From the IMG/VR virus record IMGVR_UViG_3300006217_003352: a stretch of DNA of 64,000 nucleotides; one strand, given 5' to 3'. Source of the stretch: an uncultured virus (IMG/VR IMGVR_UViG_3300006217_003352) (Duplodnaviria > Heunggongvirae > Uroviricota > Caudoviricetes). The position numbers were made by a program, and so were the translations under genes. This document shows, piece after piece, positions 55,016 to 63,059 of this stretch. Within the stretch, counting starts at the first letter, position 1; each line of letters opens with the position of its first letter. The notes beneath the pieces were generated by a model, which was given only the letters and a program-made list of their open reading frames with translations, did not search any database and was not told the origin of the DNA.

Positions 55016-55417
55016 CTAAAACGGTAAATCGTCATTATCGTCATAAGCGTTTTGGGCAGGTCTCTCATCAGGTATATCGTCAGGGTAGTAATCATTGTCA
55101 GTCTTCGGAGTAAGGAAGTCCACATCCTGAACGATAATATCAACCGTATTATGCTTCACTCCCTTATTGTCTTCATACGTTCTCGTTTCGATATTGCCCG
55201 TAATTCCGACCTTATGTCCTTTCTTGCAATACTTCCCTATCGTTTCCCCTAAACCTCGCCACACTACGCAGTTGAAGAAATCCGTCTTGCGTTCCCCATC
55301 GGAGCCGTAGTAGTTGCGTTTAACCGCTATAGAGAACCTGCACACAGATACCCCACTTGCCGTTTCGGTTAATTCAGGGTCTCGCGTGAGATTTCCGATA
55401 AGTTCTACCTTATTCAC
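55016..55417 (-). CDS. ssb: Single-stranded DNA-binding protein
   Basis: NKVELIGNLTRDPEL, acidic DDLPF tail. Confidence 0.95.
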   Translation of the reverse strand: MNKVELIGNLTRDPELTETASGVSVCRFSIAVKRNYYGSDGERKTDFFNCVVWRGLGETIGKYCKKGHKVGITGNIETRTYEDNKGVKHNTVDIIVQDVDFLTPKTDNDYYPDDIPDERPAQNAYDDNDDLPF

Positions 55418-55839
55418 TCTGCTTTCTCCTTTGCCTGTCTGAAATAATTCTTCCAATCTTCCGAACAGTCAATCTCGTTCTGCTCGAACAGGTCTTCGAT
55501 TTCTTCAATGAGCCGATTGACTTTTGCTCTACCGTCGTTATCCAAATAAGAATTACACGTTTCGTAACAATACTTGGGCGGATCTACCCTTACCCCGTCA
55601 ATCACTTCAAAGAACAGGAAACCGTCGAACAGTCCGCTGCATTGAAGATATTGCGGAAAAAGAGCCTGCGCCAGTGTCCTGATCTCCGTCGTCGAAACTT
55701 CCTTGACGTTCTTTTTAGCAATCCTTTCTACTTCTTCCCTGCTGAAATCGTAGTAGGAATAGCCCTTGCTTGTGATATTCTTCTTTCACTCCGTATAATC
55801 TACGGACAGGTCTTTGTTTAGTTCTATTCTTGTCGTCAT
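55414..55839 (-). pseudogene. 141-codon gene interrupted by one in-frame TGA at codon 18
   Basis: AGGAG RBS, ATG at 55839, TGA at 55786-55788, same frame open to 55414. Confidence 0.65.
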
Positions 55840-55849
55840 AGCCTTCTCC

Positions 55850-56140
55850 TTAATCCAAATAATTCTTTCCGATGATTTTCATAAACTCTTCTCGGCTGTG
55901 AGTTTCCTCGAACTTTGCCTGACATTCTCGCTTTAACTTCAAATCAACTTCTCGGTTGAAATGCACTCCTTCGTTCGACATATTGTGGTGGAATCCGCAC
56001 AGGAATACTTTGAACCCGTGCTTCTCGCTTTGCTTCCTGTTTGCCGTCCCGCCGAAAATATGATGCAAATGCAAATTATAGGTGGACCGGCAGAAATAAC
56101 AGCATCTGGGCGCGTCGCTATTCTGCAAAATACTTTTCAC
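55850..56140 (-). CDS. HNH-like/Zn-binding small phage protein
   Basis: CYFC..HLHHIFGG..FLCGFHH. Confidence 0.7.
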   Translation of the reverse strand: MKSILQNSDAPRCCYFCRSTYNLHLHHIFGGTANRKQSEKHGFKVFLCGFHHNMSNEGVHFNREVDLKLKRECQAKFEETHSREEFMKIIGKNYLD

Positions 56141-56421
56141 TGATCCACACGCTCCCACAACGCTATCATCTTGCCCGACATAATGCACTTTCTCTTTCCT
56201 ACCACTTTTACCTTCCCTTCGTCCTTTAACTCTGTCAGGCGCGGCGCAACGAAATTTCTGTCGTAATATTTGATAATTCCTTCGTCAAGCAAAGCCTTTA
56301 CGATTTCGCTTACCGTCATCTGCTTGTCTCCAAGAACAGCGAGAATAACATCGCTTCTATCTGCCCGCTTGCTTGTCACTGAATCATATCCGGCTCGTCG
56401 TGTTTCTTCTACGATACCCAT
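56137..56421 (-). CDS. Winged-HTH-like protein
   Basis: MTVSEIV..RNFVAPRLTEL. Confidence 0.65.
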   Translation of the reverse strand: MGIVEETRRAGYDSVTSKRADRSDVILAVLGDKQMTVSEIVKALLDEGIIKYYDRNFVAPRLTELKDEGKVKVVGKRKCIMSGKMIALWERVDQ

Positions 56422-56556
56422 ACTTCAACCTCCTGTTTTAATTGATATTTTGATTGCTTTATTACTTACTGATTGCCACTGGTTGCCTTTTGGTAACGCC
56501 CAGCGGATAAAGTGTTTATCTACCAAGAAATGCCCAAATAGCCGCTTTACAGCCGT

Positions 56557-56979
56557 CTAACCGTTAACTTCCGTTAGCGTAACAACGACCTTCGGTTCAT
56601 CTGCGTACAGTTTCTTAACCGACAGTTCATAGATTTGAGCATCATCCTTGTATGCAATGCCATTCAGCGAGTCCAACACTATCTTTGCGAGATTGTCGCA
56701 ATCGACTTTCTTTGTGTACTTGATCTCGCCGGCAAGCATTAACGCTCTGTTCTTTTTACTCGTCGATTTCGGAATAGGAAAGAAAGCAACGATTTCTGCC
56801 TGAATTGCGCCTTCGAGAAAGGTCTTGTCTTTGCATATCTGATACATCACTCTGACGTAATTCTCATAGGTTGCCGTTTCTTTGGGAGTATAAGCGTGAG
56901 CGAATCCGCCCTGCATTGTTACTTTCGGGCGCATCTTACCTTTCGGCTGTCCGGGAATGGTAAACGTAACACTTTTCAT
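56557..56979 (-). CDS. rusA: RusA-family Holliday junction resolvase
   Basis: KKVDCDNLAKIVLDSLNGIAYKDDAQI. Confidence 0.9.
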   Translation of the reverse strand: MKSVTFTIPGQPKGKMRPKVTMQGGFAHAYTPKETATYENYVRVMYQICKDKTFLEGAIQAEIVAFFPIPKSTSKKNRALMLAGEIKYTKKVDCDNLAKIVLDSLNGIAYKDDAQIYELSVKKLYADEPKVVVTLTEVNG

Positions 56980-57164
56980 CTGTCTGCCGTCTCCCCGTTT
57001 CTGTCTGTTACAATTACCGTGTAATCTACCGACTTCCCTGTTTCGGTGCGCTTCTTTTTGCCCTGTCTGACCGTATAACCGTTTTCAAACAGAATTGCCG
57101 CAACGGTTTTTCTGTCGTCTTTGCTGAATATTTTCAACTCTGCGATGAACTCTTCGTTTTTCAT
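56976..57164 (-). CDS. Small hypothetical protein
   Basis: Coupled ORF. Confidence 0.6.
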   Translation of the reverse strand: MKNEEFIAELKIFSKDDRKTVAAILFENGYTVRQGKKKRTETGKSVDYTVIVTDRNGETADR

Positions 57165-58048
57165 CAGTCATCTCCTTCTAAAAATGATTTCATTTTGTCG
57201 AATCTCTCTTTGGCTTCAATTCGTCTTCTCGATGAACCTTCAAATTTAATCGGATAGCACATTTCAAATACCCTGTCATAGATTCGAGCATACCGAATGT
57301 CCGTGTTCTCCTTCATTTCTTTTAACGTCAAGTTTGTCGTGAGTATGATAGGTTTCTGCGAACGGTATCTGCTGTCAATCACGTTGTAGACTTTTTCCAA
57401 TGCAAAGTCCGTATTTCGCTCGGCGCCCAGATCGTCTAATATGAGTAAATCAGGCTCCGTCAGTCTGTCAATCAGTTCTTCTTCGTCTCCATTCTTGAAA
57501 GACGAAAACTGCTGCAGTATTTTAACGAACGATGTCATTACCACTGGACGAAGGCAACTCATAACGTGATTTCCAATGCAAGCAGCCGCAAACGATTTTC
57601 CCGTGCCTACGTTCCCGTAAAATAATAGTCCTTGATTATCTTCAAGCATCTGTTGGAACGCTCTGCAATATTTAGCACACGCATTGTAGATTTTTCTGTT
57701 ATCGTCCGTGATGTCGAAGTTCTTGAACGTCGCCTTATAAAAAACTTCGTCCATAAGCGATACACTGCGCAGTCTTGCAATTCTCGCCATTTTTTCTTCA
57801 TACCGTTTCTGCTTTTCTATTCGCTCTTTCTCATCACGAATGCACTTGCAATCACGTGAAGTTAAAATCTGATGTCCGTGCCATTCAAAGTATTCTCGCT
57901 TCGGCTCTTTACACTTGCCGCAATGTAGGAACCCGTCTTTCATAAAGTCGCCTTCCTTTTCAGGGTTAGCATCTATTGACCGTTTGCAGGCGAGTTCCAT
58001 CGTTTCAAGCCAGTTTTGCTCGTCAAGTATCGAACCTATCTGTTTCAT
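57164..58048 (-). CDS. DnaC/IstB-like helicase loader
   Basis: GNVGTGKS, LLILDDLGAE, TTNL. Confidence 0.9.
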   Translation of the reverse strand: MKQIGSILDEQNWLETMELACKRSIDANPEKEGDFMKDGFLHCGKCKEPKREYFEWHGHQILTSRDCKCIRDEKERIEKQKRYEEKMARIARLRSVSLMDEVFYKATFKNFDITDDNRKIYNACAKYCRAFQQMLEDNQGLLFYGNVGTGKSFAAACIGNHVMSCLRPVVMTSFVKILQQFSSFKNGDEEELIDRLTEPDLLILDDLGAERNTDFALEKVYNVIDSRYRSQKPIILTTNLTLKEMKENTDIRYARIYDRVFEMCYPIKFEGSSRRRIEAKERFDKMKSFLEGDD

Positions 58049-58056
58049 ACCTCCTC

Positions 58057-58767
58057 CTATTCGTCAAACGGATTTCTTCCGTCATCCGGCGTGTCGTTCT
58101 GCGCCGTAAACAGTTTCGGGTATTCCTTTTGCGCTTTATCTACCACCCAGTTGAGAATGGCGCGGTAGTCGCTTTTATAGGTCTTTCCGCTACTCCCTTT
58201 GTAGTTATCAAGCAACTCGATGAGCTTCTCCGTCGCTTTCTCTCCGTACTTATCAACAAGACTTTGATACTCGCGCTCCTCCATACTGACAAACTCTGCA
58301 TATTTCTTTTTGCTGGGGTCGTCGTCAGTTTTCTTTTTACGTTTCGGCGCAGGATTTCCCTGTTCTTCCGTCTGCGGTACGTTTTCCTCTATGTCCGGCT
58401 TATCAGGTGTGAGCGTTCCCCGTTTATCGAAAACGGGTTTCGCTCTTCCCGCAAAGTTGTCAGACCATACTATCTTTCTCGTAGTCCACAACTCTTTGTC
58501 TATCGCGTCGATATTTGCAAGTAGGTCTAAAATTGCTATTGCCTTATCCTTGTCAACTCTCGCAAGCGATACAAAATACTCCCAATCTTTCAGTACCGAA
58601 AAATCTGCATAAAGTTCTTTCTGCGTACCCATAAACTCCAACAGCTTGAACCATAACGCATAACCGTCATTTCCAAAACTGTTCTGCACCGTAAACAGGG
58701 TAGGACCAGTCGCAGCGTGAACGTCGTGCGTAAAATAATCGACCCCTATTTTTGGCAATCTTCCCAT
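58057..58767 (-). CDS. Replication initiator (DUF4373-like N-terminus)
   Basis: GVDYFTHD..FGNDGYALWFKLLE; C-terminal YKSDYRAILNW; upstream of the loader. Confidence 0.75.
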   Translation of the reverse strand: MGRLPKIGVDYFTHDVHAATGPTLFTVQNSFGNDGYALWFKLLEFMGTQKELYADFSVLKDWEYFVSLARVDKDKAIAILDLLANIDAIDKELWTTRKIVWSDNFAGRAKPVFDKRGTLTPDKPDIEENVPQTEEQGNPAPKRKKKTDDDPSKKKYAEFVSMEEREYQSLVDKYGEKATEKLIELLDNYKGSSGKTYKSDYRAILNWVVDKAQKEYPKLFTAQNDTPDDGRNPFDE

Positions 58768-58785
58768 TATGACGCTCCTCGCGGA

Positions 58786-59706
58786 TTATTCTGCGTCGCC
58801 GTTGTCGTCGCCTTTGTTGCCGCCGCTTTTATCCTGCTCGATTTGAGCCATAATTCTGTCGTATTGCGCTTTCTTTAATTCCGTAGTGGATTCTACGTTT
58901 TCTGCTTTAAGGAACTCTTTGACTTTGGCATTTCCCGCTTCCTTTCCGCCGTAAACTTCCTGCGCAAATGCGAACATTTCTTTTCTTTCGTCCTGCGTAA
59001 TAACTCTGTTGTCTTCGGGAAGTTCAACGGTTGTCTCCCCTTCCACAACCACGCCGTCTGCGTCGATAACCTGAATCTTTCCTTCATCATCTGCGCGAAC
59101 GAGACCAGACGAAATGAGTTCTTCTTCTGCATACAACCCTTCGTAATCGGAAGGGAACGCATCGCGCAAACACTGGGCAATGGCAACTTTGTTTATCATC
59201 GTCGCCGGCTTACTCTTCCAGTTCGCCATACCCTTGTTGTATTCAGAAAGCGAAACCTCTCTGAACGCTTCCAACTTGATGTTTTTCTTGATGTAGAAAA
59301 CGCGGCACCATCCGCCGATAAGTTCTTCCGTAGGATACAGGCAGCATCCTTTCTTCTGAACCACCGTATTCCCGCGAACGACAACGATGCCGTCTTCCTT
59401 TCCGAGATAATTCGGGTTCAGGAAAGCCCGCTTATTGTAGGAATCCTTGCCTACAACCATCTGCGCAGGCTCGTCTTTGCTGTACTTGATGAGATAAACT
59501 TCTCCGTTTGCCAGCGGATTGAGTTTCTGCATCTTGCAGGTGTTGATAAACATAACCAACTCTTGATCCGTAACCAGTTCGGAACGTCCTCTGACAAGAT
59601 ACTTCTTTACGAAGTCTATATCGAGTTGTACGCTCGTGCCGCAGATTTCGTAACTTACCTGCAAAGCGTTCTGCTCTACCGTACTTAAAGCCTTATTCTG
59701 TTCCAT
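58786..59706 (-). CDS. Bet/RecT-family recombinase
   Basis: LNPL..EVYLIKY, GGWC.V, WKSKPATMINKVA..LRDAFP. Confidence 0.88.
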   Translation of the reverse strand: MEQNKALSTVEQNALQVSYEICGTSVQLDIDFVKKYLVRGRSELVTDQELVMFINTCKMQKLNPLANGEVYLIKYSKDEPAQMVVGKDSYNKRAFLNPNYLGKEDGIVVVRGNTVVQKKGCCLYPTEELIGGWCRVFYIKKNIKLEAFREVSLSEYNKGMANWKSKPATMINKVAIAQCLRDAFPSDYEGLYAEEELISSGLVRADDEGKIQVIDADGVVVEGETTVELPEDNRVITQDERKEMFAFAQEVYGGKEAGNAKVKEFLKAENVESTTELKKAQYDRIMAQIEQDKSGGNKGDDNGDAE

Positions 59707-59721
59707 TTTGAAAACCTCAGA

Positions 59722-60441
59722 TTATTTCCTGAAAGATAATTTTGCGACAGATTTGTACTGGATGCCGGGTATCTTAATCTGCCCTTTCGATGCCCGAATG
59801 AGTTTGAGAATTGCTTTCGTATCTACGGGTCTGATGCACATACCCGCAAAATCGACGGGAACTTTGCCGTCGTCTACCGCCGTGATTTCCCAATCGATAC
59901 TGGACGACGTGCCGTCCGCCTTAATCTTCGGCGCTTCCACGATTACGTTCCTGCTCGCGCTGTCTACGATGTCCGCTTCCATAAGCGCCGCTTCCGCTTC
60001 ATCCTGCTTGCCGCTCGCTTCGAGAGCCATTGCTTCCTGCAACTTCTTTTCAGCTTCCGCTTCGGCAAGACGTTTTACGCGCTCTTCCTCTTCGCGTCTT
60101 TTGCGTTCCTGCTCCATTACGTAGTCGCCCATAACCTGCTTGACCGTTTTCTCTGCTGCAATGAGCGGCGCGAGCATTTCTTTTTCACGGGTGCAGATGT
60201 TCTGGTGCGCTTCGTGAGCCGCCTTCTTCATCGGTGCAAAAAATTCGATAATCTGCGCCGATTTCTGTTTGATGAGCCTTCCGAACGCCGCAGCGTCTTC
60301 GTAGTCGCCTTGCGTTGCAATCGTAATCTGCCCCGCTCTCTCTTCGACTGCGGTGACTTCTCTGCTCATCTCCGCTTCCGCAACCGTTTTACCTTCAACA
60401 ACTTCGGGCAATACGGCCACAACCTGTTCTTCCTGTTCCAT
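59722..60441 (-). CDS. Coiled-coil recombination-module protein
   Basis: Coiled coil plus C-terminal IPGI; between exonuclease and Bet. Confidence 0.65.
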   Translation of the reverse strand: MEQEEQVVAVLPEVVEGKTVAEAEMSREVTAVEERAGQITIATQGDYEDAAAFGRLIKQKSAQIIEFFAPMKKAAHEAHQNICTREKEMLAPLIAAEKTVKQVMGDYVMEQERKRREEEERVKRLAEAEAEKKLQEAMALEASGKQDEAEAALMEADIVDSASRNVIVEAPKIKADGTSSSIDWEITAVDDGKVPVDFAGMCIRPVDTKAILKLIRASKGQIKIPGIQYKSVAKLSFRK

Positions 60442-60451
60442 TTGAAACCTC

Positions 60452-61060
60452 CTACTGATTTTTTTTGATAAAGCGGTACACATCAAGTAACTCGGTAAAT
60501 ACCTTCCAACTTTCTGCATCTGTTATCGGGTGCTGTTCCGCGTGATACGTCCCGTCTTTTCTGGATTGAATGATGAGTTTGCGCTCAAACTTTACATCGT
60601 GGCTTTCAAACGCCTTTTTGTACGCTTCGAGCTGAACTCTTGTGAGTACCTTCGCAACCGTCGCGGTAGTCTTGAAATCGACCAGCGTCGGCACGTCGTC
60701 TATATAGCACGGCAAATCTGCCGTTCCTGCATAGTTAAGCGTTTTGTGATATATTCTGCACTCCGTCTTAATGGGTACAGGCTTAACTTCGTCTATCCAC
60801 TTTTTGAACCCGTCGAAGTAGCCACGCAACTCCTTACTGATGTCTTCAATTCCAAACAACAGGTAGTTTTCTACCGCTGCGTGGACTATCGTTCCTCTGT
60901 TTGCGGCTTTGTTCAACGTATCTGTGTCTATTCCGCCGTAATGCGCTGCCGACAACGGTTTCATTATTTCTGACACGCTTGGTACAACAAATCCGTTTAC
61001 CGTGTACGTGTGTGTTTTCTCGCAAAACTGCAATTCTTTAAGTTCGGGTAGATTTATCAT
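60452..61060 (-). CDS. PD-(D/E)xK exonuclease
   Basis: PSVSEI, RGTIVH, YAGTAD, VDFKT, QLEAY. Confidence 0.82.
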   Translation of the reverse strand: MINLPELKELQFCEKTHTYTVNGFVVPSVSEIMKPLSAAHYGGIDTDTLNKAANRGTIVHAAVENYLLFGIEDISKELRGYFDGFKKWIDEVKPVPIKTECRIYHKTLNYAGTADLPCYIDDVPTLVDFKTTATVAKVLTRVQLEAYKKAFESHDVKFERKLIIQSRKDGTYHAEQHPITDAESWKVFTELLDVYRFIKKNQ

Positions 61061-61187
61061 TCTTTGCTCCTTTTGTCATTATTCCGACGTTCAACTTTTC
61101 CGCTGATGCCATAGCCGCATTGAGTTCGCTTTCAGACTTGATCCCGAAAACTTCTTCGAGATATTTCAAAATGCTTTCCTTCGTCAT
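61038..61187 (-). CDS. Small hypothetical protein
   Basis: Coupled ORF. Confidence 0.5.
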   Translation of the reverse strand: MTKESILKYLEEVFGIKSESELNAAMASAEKLNVGIMTKGAKNDKSTRT

Positions 61188-61687
61188 AAGCCTTCTATCG
61201 CCGCCTTCGTTTTCGTACACAGCAATTTCAGCCCGCTTACCGACTCGACAAGCCTATCGAGATATTTCAGGATTTCGTCAATCGAATGTACATTCTGCGT
61301 AGAAATGCCTTCCGTTGCCGCAATGTTTATCAACTGTCTTTTAACTTCCGATAATTTCCCGTCTTCAAGATTGTTCAGCAATCGCAGAACCACCGTTTCA
61401 AGGCTGGGGATTTCAGTCGCAAGCGTCAGGCAATCTCCTATCGGACAATCGTGCTTGCAATACATCGTTTTTAATTGCGGTGCATTATACAGGTCTGCCA
61501 TCAAATTGACTTTATCGACGGGGACAACTTTCGTATTTCCTAACTCATAATCCGCAAGCGATGAAGGACTTACGCCGAGCAGGTCTGCGGCGCTTTCGCG
61601 GCTCCGTAGTCTCTCGTCGTATAAAGCGGCTTCTTTTCTACACTTGAAGTAGATGTTTTCGTTAGGTTTCGTAGAGTCGTTTCCCAT
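61184..61687 (-). CDS. XRE-HTH regulator in a cII-like position
   Basis: SRESAADLLGVSPSSLADYELG; YC..DCPIG. Confidence 0.75.
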   Translation of the reverse strand: MGNDSTKPNENIYFKCRKEAALYDERLRSRESAADLLGVSPSSLADYELGNTKVVPVDKVNLMADLYNAPQLKTMYCKHDCPIGDCLTLATEIPSLETVVLRLLNNLEDGKLSEVKRQLINIAATEGISTQNVHSIDEILKYLDRLVESVSGLKLLCTKTKAAIEGL

Positions 61688-61738
61688 TGTGAATTTACCC
61701 CGTTTGCGATATAATGTAATTGTTAAAAGCGAAGGCAG

Positions 61739-61963
61739 TTAAAAATTACAGAACTGTAATTCAGAGTTAAAAAAAATATCGTTGAACTCACTAAACGTAA
61801 GGTTTAGCGTCCGCGATACTCTAACCATCTCTGCCGGCGTGAAGTAAACTTCGCCCCTTTCTTTCTTCGCATAGGTGTCAATAGACTTCTCTATCAATGA
61901 TGCCATATCGGTTTGCGTTTTGCCGTTCTTAACTCTTACCGATTTTAACAAATTCGTATTCAT
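61739..61963 (-). CDS. Cro-like HTH protein
   Basis: LKSVRVKNGKTQTDMA..YAKKERG; GGAG RBS before MNTNLL; divergent from the repressor. Confidence 0.82.
   Translation of the reverse strand: MNTNLLKSVRVKNGKTQTDMASLIEKSIDTYAKKERGEVYFTPAEMVRVSRTLNLTFSEFNDIFFNSELQFCNF
61744..61761. promoter_or_regulatory. Perfect operator-like palindrome inside the 3' end of cro
   Basis: AATTACAG-AA-CTGTAATT. Confidence 0.75.
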
Positions 61964-61996
61964 AGCGTACTCCGATGAATTTTTGTTTGTACTCAT

Positions 61997-62025
61997 ATTC
62001 TAACTTACAGAACTGTAATTGTCAA
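61997..62025 (-). promoter_or_regulatory. Main lytic promoter with operator
   Basis: TTGACA-17-TAGAAT; TTACAG-AA-CTGTAA at 62005-62018. Confidence 0.85.
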
Positions 62026-62136
62026 ACGGATTTACGGTGTAAAATTATAATTTTTAAGAAAAAAATCAATATGACTGTAATTTGCTATCTTATTCGGTCA
62101 AAAAATATTAAAATGGTAATTATGGAGGTCAAAACA

Positions 62137-62493
62137 ATGGATAACTTCTCAAACAGACTTTTGGCAGCAATCGAATATCGCGGTGTTTCCCAGAAGTGGC
62201 TTGCAGACAATGCGAACACTACTGAAGCCACCATATCCCGATATGTTAACAACAAGGCATCCCCTTCAATATTGATTGTCCTTCGAGACGTTGCATCTGC
62301 TCTCAAAGTGTCGTCTGATTACCTTATCGGGTTGACAAACTTACCGCAGAGCAAAGACAATATAAGCATCGAAGAAAAAACAATCATAGATGTTTGGAAC
62401 AGGGTTTCTGCTGATGATAAAAAAGTATTCTTTGCTTTGCTTGACAAGTATCTTACGCAGAAAGAAAAAGACGCATTGCGCGACGGAGACTAA
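62137..62493 (+). CDS. XRE-family prophage repressor
   Basis: SQKWLA..EATISRY..VSSDYLIG; GGAGG RBS; no S24 peptidase domain seen. Confidence 0.85.
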   Translation: MDNFSNRLLAAIEYRGVSQKWLADNANTTEATISRYVNNKASPSILIVLRDVASALKVSSDYLIGLTNLPQSKDNISIEEKTIIDVWNRVSADDKKVFFALLDKYLTQKEKDALRDGD

Positions 62494-62495
62494 CT

Positions 62496-63059
62496 ATGAA
62501 CAGATTATATACGGGCAACGAACATTTTACTTATGACGATATGCCAGTCAACCGTCTTCTTTCCGATTTTCTTATGTGGGTATCGTCTGACCTAACGAAC
62601 AGCGTAACGCGCAGCATACTTGCGGAATATATCGTTTCAAGCGCTCTTGATCTTGACGTAACTTTACGCCAGTCGAAAGAACCTTACCGCATACCGTATA
62701 ATGGCAACGTAGTTGAAGTTAAATCGTCTGCTTACATTCAGTCATTACAAAGCGACATTCTTTCGTCTCCTGTTTTTGGTATTGCTCCAACCTATGTTTT
62801 TGACGATAATGAAATCGTGAAGCGCGAACGCAAATCGAAATTATATGTCTTCTGCCTACTCGATTGTCTTAACCGCGAAATGATTGATCCATTGCATCTC
62901 GAACAGTGGAAATTCTACGTTCTTCCTACTTCTATACTGAACGAACAATGTGGCGAACAGAAAACTCTGACACTCAATGCCCTGAAAGCACTCAACCCGA
63001 CAGAAGCAACATACGAAACGCTTAAAAGCGTGATAGACAATTATGCAGAAAGAATCTAA
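62496..63059 (+). CDS. PD-(D/E)xK nuclease-like protein, paralog of 51315-51923
   Basis: Shared TGNEH..MP.NRLLSDF..W.SSDL..AE..ALDLD and EVK.SAY.QS blocks. Confidence 0.72.
   Translation: MNRLYTGNEHFTYDDMPVNRLLSDFLMWVSSDLTNSVTRSILAEYIVSSALDLDVTLRQSKEPYRIPYNGNVVEVKSSAYIQSLQSDILSSPVFGIAPTYVFDDNEIVKRERKSKLYVFCLLDCLNREMIDPLHLEQWKFYVLPTSILNEQCGEQKTLTLNALKALNPTEATYETLKSVIDNYAERI

Noticed and set aside
55786..55788. Genome-wide TGA-to-Trp recoding (genetic code 4)
   Set aside because: Many genes end in TGA with ATGA overlaps and Trp is encoded by TGG throughout; only one interrupted gene was found.
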